Source: Eledone cirrhosa
Taxonomy: Eukaryota
DNA: 64,000 nt
Direction of reading: 5' to 3'
Assembly (NCBI GenBank): GCA_964016885.1
Contig: OZ024756.1
Span: 17,918,001 to 17,982,000, forward strand
Shown here: positions 53,779 through 64,000 of the stretch, in pieces
Numbering within the stretch: the first letter of the stretch is position 1
Layout of the letters: the number at the start of each line of letters is the position of its first letter
Translations under genes and position numbers: made by a program
Notes under the pieces: model-generated
The model's input: the letters and a program-made list of their open reading frames with translations, nothing else
Database searches by the model: none
What the model was told of the DNA's origin: nothing

Positions 53779-56700
53779 GAGAGGGACAAAGGTAGAGAGA
53801 TGTGTGTACATATTTATGTGTATGTATGTATGTGTATGTGTGTATGTATATATATATATATATATATATATACCCAACCATCCATGTAACTGCCAATCTA
53901 TATACATGATTATTTGTAAAAAAAAAAAAACTTCGCTCCCTGTCACATTTCTAGTGCGCCCTTGTATAAAGAAATTTATCTATTTCATCTGTATGAATTT
54001 ATTCATCTATCTATCTATTGGTTTATCTTTCTGTCTCATCCATCTATCTATCTATTGGTTTATCTTTCTGTCTCATCTATCTATCTATCTATTGGTTTAT
54101 CTTTCTGTCTCATCTATCTATCTATTTGTCTGTCTATTTATTTATCTATCTATCACAGTCCTCTGGCAAGCGAGCGCAGCAATCAGTGGAGACTCCACTT
54201 CGACATTCTATAGAGGGATTGTACGTTACAAGGGCGACGACGTGCTCAGAGAGACTCTGGGTGTCAAAGATAATGAGCTCACCAGTCTGTTTGGTAGGAC
54301 TTTCCGCCCGGGACCTATGGACAACTTCCAGAGGTCCCTGGCCTGGTAGTGCTACCGAGGAGCTCTACCGGTTCGTGACAAGATCTACAGGCACGGACGC
54401 CCCGGCAGGGATCCTTCCAAGAGGACGTGTCCAAGATGTGCGCAGGACATTGAAACAGTCCTGCACGCAACTGTACACTGCCCGGGCGTAACAGACCTGT
54501 GGAACTATGCAGAACAACTGCTGTCGCGTATGGGACAAATCCAGTTGACTGCCGAGTCCATAGTAAGGATCAAACCGCCAGCCTCTTTCAAAAACGAAAG
54601 AGAGGCGGTTTTCCTCTGTACGGTGGCTATGGTGAAAGAAGTTATATGGTGGACGAGATTGAGAGGACTGAGGACAGTTGCCTTTCTCTCCGGACAACAA
54701 TTGATTCCCTTCTTTAAGTATCACTTTAGAAGGAGAATCAGAGTGGAGAGAGAGGCACTGCACCCCAGTAAACTTACTGAAAGGTGGGTGAATGAAGCGA
54801 AAAGGGTTGTTCTATTGACGGGGTATTAAACAACACATTTGTGGTGCTTCCCCCCTATTGGGGATTTCGATTGTTGTAATTGTTTGTTTTTATATATTTT
54901 ACATGACTGTATGTAAAATCCCCGGCATGTCTTTGTATTGTCCCCTATTCTTGTGCGCCTTTGTGGCTAATAAAGAAATATATCTGACCATCTATCTATC
55001 TGTGAATACCACTATCTATCTGTCTATCTAGCCAACTATCTATCTATCTATCTATTTATCTATGCTCACTCTTCGTGCTCCTGGAGATGAGGGTTGTACA
55101 TTTTTTCCGGGTGTGTACAACCCATGTGTAACGCCTCCCCCCTATTGGGGATTTCAATTGTTAATTGTTATTTTTGTCCCCATCTTTTTGCGCCCTTGTG
55201 GCAAATAAAGAAATATATCAATCTGTCTATCTGGGATGGACATCTGTGTGAAACTTGCTGGGTAAATTCTGCTTAAATTTCTATAGAAATTCTTGACTGT
55301 GAGCCCTCATTTTTATACCAATTTGTAGAAGGACTGCCAGGTCAAATTTTGATCTGGTCAGTCTCTCAAGATATTCTACGCCTTTGGGCGAAATAGTTCG
55401 TGAAAAAAAAAAAATTAGGAGAAAAACTAACGTTTTAAAAAAATGGCTGAAGCAACAACAGCTTCTTCACCAACATTCGAAGGAGGAAAAGGGAAGATAT
55501 GCTTGCAGTTTCCCCCTTCCACTGTCAAGCAGATGTCTCAGACAAGGGTAAAAAAGAGGAAGGATTTTCTTCACCAGCTGACCGACAACTTAACGTTGCC
55601 ATGGCAACAAACCAAAAGTGTGAAACAATGAACAAAACCAACACAACCTGCACCACCAGCAACAACAACAATGCTATGAATGAAAACAACACCAACAACA
55701 ATAACAACAAAAACAACAACTCCTGCACAAACAAAAACAACCAAACACACTAAAAAAAAGTTTGCAGAAAGCCTAAAGGACGCTGCGCAACATATAACTT
55801 TCGAATAAGTTCCCCACCGGAAATTAGGGCCACGACCTTAAGAAAATCAATTTTCTTCCGGACCATCTGCTCACAAACCAAGAAACCTATGGCTTTAAGA
55901 AATAGTACGGTGGAAATCGCACTAAAGGAGGCAATGCGAGACATTGCTTACCTCCAGAGAGCCAAGCAGTACGAGAGCATCTCGGTGCTCTTTAAAAGCG
56001 AGGCCCTCGTCCAGAAATATTTGGTGGCTCCAATTAGAACGAGCCAACACATCTTCTTCCCAACATACATGGGAAGAAGAACCCATAAAATAAGGATCTT
56101 CCAGATCCCACTGAACACCAACATTTGGTGGATCCTGGGTTGTTTTTTGGAGGAGGGTGAAGACAACCTCCTCTCTGTAAAAAAATCAATCCGACAGAAC
56201 TGGAACGGGACTTCAATGGAGCTTTTGGTTCAAATGAAACCAGAGAGGATTGAAAAAATACCAGAAAGGCTGCCGATGGATGATAACCATGTTGTCCACA
56301 TCGCAGTGGAGGGCAAAAAACCACACTGTTTCAAATGTGGAAAAAACACACATTAAAAGTATTTTACCCAATGCAGGATGTGGAAAAACAAAAGAAGGCA
56401 TTGTTGCCAACCCCAAATCTACAACAGACACACCCGAAAACTAAAAACACATCCCCCAAACTATCAACATTTACCCAACCACACCAAAAATTCCCCTGAC
56501 CAACACTCTCACAAACACACACACAAACACTCCACCACCACACAACATACCCCTCCCACCTACCCACAATGATAACACCTCAGACATGGGAACCTCTACA
56601 TCTCCAAGTGAGGATGAAAAGGAACCCCAAAAATCCAAGAAGCAAAAAAGACAGAAAAAATACAACAAAAACATCAACTGAAAATACACACACACCCAAC

Positions 56701-59700
56701 ACTGACATAAACATACCGCCACAAAGGACAACCACACCAACAACACAACCAGACACTTCACCAACAAAACAAACACCCACACCACCACACAATCACAAAC
56801 CCCAACCACAAAAAGAAAACTACAAACAGAAACAGTACACACAAAAAACAAAACATTACACATACATAAAAACAAGAAACAAAGAACTGGTGTAAAACTG
56901 TCCGAAAGGACCCCACAATACAAACAGAAGGGAAAACCTTCCCCACCAACGACCCACCCCCAAACCTCAAACTTATGGTGGACGAGGTTAAAAGGACTGA
57001 GGGCAAAGACCTTTCTCTCCGGACAACAACTTATCCCCTTCTTTAAGTACCACTTCAGAAGGAAGGTGAGAGTGGAGAGAGAGGTGCTACACCCCAGTAG
57101 ATTCGCTGAAAGGTGGGGTGAATGTGGCGAAAATGGCCCAAGTGAATGGGTCTTCTCTATATATAAACCTGTAGGTTGTGGAAGACAAACAGGAAAGACG
57201 GGAACACCTACAAAACGTGTTCCTGGTGTTGAGGGTTGTTCTATCCACGGGGTGTAGAACAACCCCGCAGTAACGTTCCCTCTTATTGGGGATTTCAATT
57301 GTTATTTTATTTTTATAGTTTATTGTTATTTATTAATGTTAAAGTTATATGAATTTTATGTAAAACCCCTGCCGTCACGTCTTGTAATGTCCCATTTTTG
57401 TATGCCCCTGTGGCAAATAAAGAAAGATATCTATTTATCTGTCTATCCATCTATGTATTGAAAACAAAATACCTACAACAAAACGAAAGCACACACAAGA
57501 ACTACAGACAAAAACAAACACAACACAAGAAAATTACAGTTACACTTACATAAACACTGAAAACAAAGCACTAATGGAGACCATCACGAACGACCCTTCG
57601 GTTTTCACCGAAGGGAAAGCTTTCGCCCACTCTATTAAAAATAGCAAAAAACTGAACCTAAAACTGATTAGGGTCCCTATACAAACTTATAGGTCCCTAA
57701 AAGAAACATTTCAGAAGGATGTGGGGAATTCCTGCGTGAAACCACTCAACCACGTCCTTCTCAAATGTCTCCCCACCCCAGACACCCCCATCCCACCAGA
57801 CCCCACCCCACCAAACATCTCCGTCCCCACCCCGCCGGAAACCACCACCCATCCAGACAACCCCTCCAACACCCCCATGGAAATCGTGCGGCCCGGTCCC
57901 CAGGAGACGAAGGGTGAGTGATCTCTTTTCCTCTTTTAACTTTTCAGCACCAACATGGCCAATATAAGAGTTGGATGTGTGAACGTACGCGGCCTGGGGA
58001 TGCCTCTGGAAACAGGGCAAACTCTTAAACGACCACAGGTCGCACAGTATGGATGTTGTAGCCATTTCCGAGTCCAGGATCCGCAGCTGGCCCCCATCTT
58101 CAATGACTTTGAGATCTACGCATCTCTCTGTCAACCGGGGTGTGGGGACGGAGTTGCCGTTTTGCAGCGGAAACACCTGGGCCTCGTAACACAGATGGTA
58201 CATCTGGACCCGGGGGGTCGACTGGTGGTCCTAGACGTTGACGGTAGTGAAGGTGGAGCCTTCAGGCTGGTGGCCGCATATGCCCCATCCAGGACACCGC
58301 GGCCAGACTTCTTCAAACGTCTAGAGACTTTTCTGGGAACGTCCCGCTCCTTGCTTTTAGTGGGGGACTGGAATGGAATCCTAGATGCACGTTGGGACTA
58401 TGTGGGAGCATGTCCCGATAAAGGGGGGTGTAACAGCCTCAACAGTTAATCGACCGATTTGACCTGGCCGATAGATATCGACTAGATTTTCCGACTGCGC
58501 CACTGTGGACGTGTAGTAATCGTAGCGGAACATCTAGATCGTACCTAGATAGGGTTCTAGTTAGAAATAAGGATAGGGACATGTTAAGCTGTCCACAAAT
58601 GTTCATGGTTGCCTATTCAGATTACAAACTAGTGACCTGCATGGCCAACCTTGATAGAACCCATAGACAAGGACCCGGCTACTGGAAGCTGAACTTGTCA
58701 TTACCGACAAGCAAAGCCTACAGTAGACGGATTAGCACTTTAGTTAAACAGCACTTGACAGGGGCCATTGTCAACAACAGATGGTGGTACTCTCTCAAGA
58801 GGGCAGTTAGATTAGACTCGATAGTTTTTAGTAAAGAATTAGCGTTAGATAGAAATAGAACCGAGAAGGAACTGGTAGATAAAGTAGAAAAGGCAATTAG
58901 AAGTGGCAACGTAGCCAGCGTGCTAGCAACGAGAACGGCCTTGGACCAGTTCTTTGACACAAAGCACGAGGGCTGCGTTGTCAGAAGCAAAATACGTGCT
59001 CTGGGAAACGAGGGAGCCAAAGCTGTTAGCTGGGCCCGAGTGACGGAGGCAAAAAGTGGCAACAAGTCCACGATTCGGTCTTTGAAGGACCAAAACGGAC
59101 GCGTGATACGTGAGCCGAAGCAGATGTGTGCGGCTTTTCAGCGGCACTTTGCTCAACTGTTCGGGAGGGGCGGCGCGCCGGGAGAGGCTATAGATTTCGG
59201 TCCATACATCGACGGCCTACCGTGACTCTCGGACAGCGAGGCAAAGTTCTGCGAAAAGCCGATTTCAGCCGCTGAGATAGGGGACGCGCTGAGCCAATGC
59301 GGCAAACGCAAATCTCCAGGTCTCGACGGTCTACCCTACGAATTTTACGTAGCAATGCCGGACTTATTCTCCAGTCTCCTGGAAGCGGTCTACTGCAACT
59401 GGCAACAGAACGGGAGAATTCCCAGTTCTGTAACCGGGGGCGTGGTCACACTAATCAGGAAGGACGAGAATAAGGGGGATGACATAGGCAACTTCCGGCC
59501 CATAACTCTGCTAAACACAGAGTTACAGATTTTGGTCAAGGTGTTGGCAAAGAGGCTGGCGCTTGTCATCGAGAACCTGGTGGGAGAAGCGCAGACATGC
59601 GCAATCCCGACCAGGTCCATACACGACAACCTCCACCTCATGCGATACATCATAGAGAGGATAGGGTGTAAACCCGGCTTCGGTGGGGCCCTGATCAACT

Positions 59701-62700
59701 TGGATCAGTCTAAGGCTTTCGATAGGGTTGACCATCATTACCTGGATGCGGTGCTCGAGGCGGCAGGCTTCGGACCCGTGTTCAGGGGCTGGATTGCTGC
59801 AATGCACAACAGCAACATCTGCTCAAGGGTCAAGGTGAACGGCTACCTATCGGAGCCGTTCCATATTACGCGATCCTTCGACAGGGATGCCCTCTCTCCT
59901 CCCTTCTGTACGTACTGACTCTCGAGCCACTACTGCGGAAGCTGGAGCTATTGCAGGGCATCCCTCTGGAACCGGGACTGCGGAAAGCGACGTCGGCCTA
60001 CGCCGACAACGTGACAGTAATGGTGTCGAGCGCCTCGCAAATCGAGGAAGTTGGCACCTTACTGAAGGAATACGAAAGTTTCACAGGAACGAAGCTGAAC
60101 CGGGACAAGTCCATCGGTTTGCAACTCGGATCGTGGAGAGGCAAACTGATGCCTTCCGATGGCGTCGTCGGACGCTGGACGGAAGGACCGGTAAAGCTGC
60201 TTGGGGTCTGGTTTGGTCCGGACCTCCAGGTGGAGAAGAACTGGAACGAAGTGACGGCCAAGGTGTTTGCACTCACCCAGAAGTGGGCCGAGTGCAAACT
60301 ATCCTTGAAAGGTCGAGCGGAGGTGGCGAACACTTTTATAGCGTCCGCCATCTACTACTGCTTGACCGTTGTGCCTTGTCCAGCCAAAACGCTCGCCAAA
60401 ATGGAGCGCGCGCTCTTCCAATTCCTTTGGAAGAGGCGGGCTCCTTTGGTGAGAAGATCCATCTGCTGCCAACACCCTTCTAACGGAGGGCTGGGGATGC
60501 CGTGGTTGACGATGCGCAAACACGCACTCAGGCTGCGGCATCTCTACGTATTCCTCACCGGACAACCGGTGTGGGCCCCGTTCGTGAGGCGAGCCTTCCC
60601 ACGACTCGTCTCACTGACCGAGCTGCAGTCCTGGGTCAAGCAAAGACCGAGGAAAATGGGCGACTGGCACATCGAATGTGCTCAGGCGCTCACAGCCCTC
60701 TGGCAGGCGGACCCGGCGATCAGTGGAGACTCCACTTCGTCATTCTACAGAGGGTTGATCCACAGCAAGTGTGACGACGCGCTCGGTGAAACTCTAGGCG
60801 TGGAGGAAGATGAACTGGCCAGTCTGTTCGGTAGGACCTTCCGCCCGGGACCGATGGACAACTTCCAAAAGTCCCTGGCCTGGCAGTGCTACCGAGCAGC
60901 TCTACCAGTTCGAGACAAGCTCTACAGACATGGGCGCCCGGGCAGGGACCCTGCAAAAAAGATCTGTCCGAGGTGCGTGCGAGACGAAGAAACCGTCGCG
61001 CACGCATTCATACAGTGCCCGGGCGTCACTGACCTGTGGGGCTATGTAGAATGACTATTGTCGCGAGTGGGACCAATCCGGTTGACCACCGAGTCCATTG
61101 TCATGATCAAACCGCCACCCTCCTTCAAAAACGAAGGAGAGGCGATTTTCCTTTGTGTGATAGCTATGGCGAAAGAGGTTGTATGGTGGACAAGGTTGAA
61201 AGGGCTGAGGTCAGACACCTTTCTCTCCGGCCAACAACTGATTCTTTTTTTCAAATACCACTTTGGAAGAAGAATCAGGATGGTGAGAGAGGTGCTGTAC
61301 CCCAGCAAGTTTTATAAAAGGTGGGTGAAAGTTGCGAGAATGGCCCGAGTGAATGGGCCTTCTCTCTATATCAGCCTGTAGGTTGAGGAGGAGGAGAGGA
61401 AAGGAGTACAAACTCTTTGTACTCCTGGAGATGAGGGTTGCACATTTTTTCGGGGGTATGTGTTACCCATATAAACTGTCTCCCCCTATAGGGGAAAATC
61501 GACTAACTTTTTAAATTGCATTTGTGATAACATTTTACACGTTTTTTATTGTATGTAAACTTCCCCCTTTGTATTTGTCCCCTTCTTTTGTGCCCCTGTG
61601 GCTAATAAAGAAACTTATCTATCTATCTGTCTTTCCCTCTATCTTATTTATCTCTCCATCTATCCCTCTATTTATCTATCTGTTTATTTACCTGTCTATA
61701 TATTTATCCATCTATCTATCTATTACAGAAATGCCAACTGGGAAAAGCGCTGTGACTCTCTCCATTTCCACTTCAGCCAAAGTTGGTGATTCTGCCAAGT
61801 TTTTTTGCAATGCCTCAACTAATAGCAATCAGATATTAGCTACCTTCATGCAGGATAAAATAGATAAAGGTATAGCTACTGTGCGGGCTCCAAATGGTTC
61901 CGTTGGAGAAACTAGTCCAAACACCACTGTGGCAGGTTCAGGAACAAACTTATACTATTCATACACCATTCATTCCTTGTCCTGCTCTAATCGAGGGAAC
62001 TACTGGTGTGGAGTATCAACTGTCTCAGATGGAAATCCACGAAGTAACATCCGCAAACTCAATGTACTTGGTAAATAATTTAACTTTACCTATCTATTTG
62101 TCTGTCTATAAGTCTCCCTATCTCTCTCTCTATCTATTCATTGGTCTGTCTTTCTCTCTCTCTATCTATACATCTGTCTGTCTATCCATCTGTCTATATT
62201 TCTGTCTGTCTGTCTATCCATCCATCTATTTATCTCTCTGTCCATCTGTCTGTCTATCCATCTGTCTGTCAGTCTATCTATCTCTATTTATCTATGGACA
62301 ACTTCCAGAGGTCCCTGGCCTGTCAGTGTTACTGAGGAGCTCTACCATTTCATGACAAGATCTACAGGCATGGATGCCCTGGCAGAGATCCTTCCAAGAG
62401 GACATGTCCAAGATGCGGGCAGGACATTGAAATTGTCCTGCACACAATTGTACACTGCCCGGGCGTAACAGACCTGTGGAACTATGCAGAACAACTGCTG
62501 TCACATATGGGACAAATCCAGTTGACTGCCGAGTCCATAGTAAGGATCAAACTGCCAACCTCTTTCAAAAATGAATGAGAGGTGGTTTTCCTCTGTATAG
62601 GGGCTATGGTGAAAGAGGTTATATGGTGGACGAGATTGAGAGGACTGAGGACAGATGCCTTTCTCTCTGGACAGCAACTCATTCCCTTCTTTAGGTACCA

Positions 62701-64000
62701 CTTTAGAAAGAGAATCAGAGTGGAGAGAGAGGCACTACACCCCAGTAAATTTACTGAATGGTGGGTGAATGTGGTAAAAATAGCCCGAGTGATTGGGCCT
62801 TCTCTGTATATAAACCTGTAGGTTGAAGAAGAAAGCAAAAGGAGGAAAGGAGCACTTGCACAACACGCTCCTGAAGTTGAGGGTTGTTCTATCGACGGGG
62901 TATTAAACAACCCATTTGTGGCGCCTCCCCCCTATTGGGGATTTTGATTGTTAAATTTGTCTTTCAATATTTTTACACGATTGTATGTAAAATCCCCGGC
63001 ATGTGTCCTTGTTCTGTCCCCTTTTCTTGTGCGCCCTTGTGGCTAATAAAGAAATATATCTATCTCTATTTATCTCTCCATCAGTCTATCAGTCCATCTG
63101 TCTCTCCCTCCCTGTTTGTCTCTATCCATCTGTCTCTCTGTCTATCTCTCTGTCTGTCTGTCTCTTCTGTTTATCTGTCTATTTGTCATCATCATCATCA
63201 TCGTTATTCAAAATGTTTATTGGACAGACAGTTGTGACCCACAACATCTGTCCACATTCATTAAAGGTAGGATGCTTTACGGATATTATTTGATTGATTT
63301 CATTGTTGAAGACTAAAATTTAAGAAATTGAGAGATAAAAAAATATGATCTACAATGATAAATATTTCCTCAGGAAATTATTTACAATTTTTACATTTGT
63401 GACTGTAATTCTAATGAACTATATTGCATTTCCATTATTCAATGAAATATTTTGAAGCATTTATTGAAATTATTGATTATTTCATTACTAAAATAGTTAA
63501 TTAATGCATGATTCTTATATAAAATTATATTGGAATATTTTAATTTAAATAGGGACTCTTTAAAACATGTTTTGTTTCATAGAACCAGTGCCAGTTCTGG
63601 CAGGTTTGGTATCAAAAGGGTTAAACTGTGCTTTTTACTAATGATTGCTGATCTCTACTTCAGAACCACCCCTTTTAACTAAGGTTTCTCTCTGTTGGGC
63701 CTTGCTACTGTTGATCATTGTTGACTTCATTAATAATCTGTATTTGATGTCCCTTCTTTTCCATGTTTTTTTTTATGTACAGGTCCACCTGGGTATCCAA
63801 ATCTACAAGCTCCATCTGGTAATCTGATTCTAGGCGACACTGTCACTGTTTTTTGTGAAAGCAATGTAGGCAAACCAGCTAAGAATTTAGAACTCTGTAT
63901 TGACAGTGGTGGCATTGATTCCACAAACGCTATTTGTAGTAATGGAACTGAACTAGTTGAAATAGAAAATAAATGCATTTTCACACAAAATGTAAGCCAG
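45637..64000 (+). CDS. IgSF receptor copy 2 (tandem paralog), partial; runs off the window end
   Basis: Exons 45637-45685, 61729-62070 and 63783->64000 are intact with conserved splice sites. Intron content is colinear with copy 1. Confidence 0.85.
47805..48905 (-). mobile_element. Penelope-like retroelement fragment with LTR-like 5' part
   Basis: Equivalent to 6475-7430 but longer, and includes the hammerhead motif. Confidence 0.8.
48747..48859 (-). ncRNA. Hammerhead ribozyme motif (PLE type I)
   Basis: Minus strand reads CAGTATT-CTGATGA-TTTGATCAGGT..ACCTGATTAAA-GAAAC-AATT-GTT-AATACTG. Stem I is 7 bp, stem II is 11 bp and stem III is palindromic. Confidence 0.7.
50975..51948. repeat. About 48-bp minisatellite, roughly 20 copies (about 5 copies at 8625-8868)
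   Basis: Unit ACACTACCACTTTACAGAGTGTACTGGGTGTATTTTATCATGGCACCA, with shorter variants. Confidence 0.9.
54155..55215 (+). mobile_element. Two 5'-truncated Tx1-like LINE fragments
   Basis: 54155-54980 and about 55065-55215, each ending in AATAAAGAAA plus TATC repeats. Confidence 0.85.
56970..57452 (+). mobile_element. Tx1-like 3' fragment nested in ORF1 of the full-length element
   Basis: Nearly identical to 12411-12890. Interrupts A/C-rich ORF1 sequence. Confidence 0.85.
57955..61381 (+). pseudogene. Disrupted ORF2 (endonuclease/reverse transcriptase) of the Tx1-like LINE
   Basis: Split into ORF pieces 57955-58449, 58581-59225, 59355-59918, 59951-61054 and 61058-61381. Confidence 0.9.
61729..62070 (+). 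CDS. Copy 2 exon 2, V-like Ig domain
   Basis: TACAG acceptor and G|GTAAAT donor, 342 nt. 17 aa differences from copy 1. Confidence 0.9.
62292..63055 (+). mobile_element. 5'-truncated Tx1-like LINE
   Basis: Equivalent to 13552-14312. Confidence 0.88.
63783..64000 (+). CDS. Copy 2 exon 3a, C2-like Ig domain (truncated by window)
   Basis: Matches 15232-15449 with 4 nt differences (R>Y, D>G, P>A). Confidence 0.85.

Larger units (their letters stand above)
55231..61613 (+). mobile_element. Near full-length, decayed Tx1/L1-clade non-LTR retrotransposon
   Basis: ORF1 remnants at 55443-57920 with a CFKCGKNTH zinc-knuckle start. ORF2 at 57955-61381 has an APE endonuclease (CVNVRGL, AYAPS, VGDWN, GYWKLN), RT (LDQSKAFDRVDH, AYADN) and a CPRC..H...C zinc finger. 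It carries stops and frameshifts. AATAAA is followed by a (TATC)n tail. Confidence 0.92.
45531..64000 (+). repeat. Segmental tandem duplication of about 1568-15449
   Basis: Colinear exons, TE fragments and minisatellites, with several large indels. Homology starts at TTTTTAACGCACACTTATCT. Confidence 0.92.

Noticed and set aside
57955-61381. Active reverse transcriptase or an RT-driven diversification system acting on the Ig exon
   Set aside because: ORF2 has multiple stops and frameshifts and YADN in place of YADD. No template/variable repeat pair or adenine-specific mutation pattern is visible.

Overview
This is AT-rich, microsatellite-dense eukaryotic DNA. The SINE, RTE and Penelope repertoire points to an octopod cephalopod (inference from repeat families). 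Almost all ORFs in the ORF track are repeat artefacts. The main content is a spliced gene the track does not reveal: a + strand type I membrane immunoglobulin-superfamily receptor at 1701-29444. Its parts are a signal peptide, a V-like Ig domain, two tandem alternative C2-like Ig exons (3a/3b), an I/C2 Ig domain, an S/T/P stalk, a transmembrane helix and a Tyr-containing tail. All splice sites are GT-AG and phase-compatible through to the stop. A tandem paralog starts about 44 kb downstream (45637 to the window end). The two V exons differ at 17 amino-acid-changing codons but only 1 purely synonymous codon, and exons 3a/3b look mutually exclusive. Together this suggests a rapidly diversifying recognition-receptor locus. 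The introns and intergenic DNA hold a full-length decayed Tx1/L1-clade LINE plus truncated copies in (TCTA)n, RTE and Penelope fragments with hammerhead-ribozyme motifs, two tRNA-SINE types, MITEs and minisatellites.
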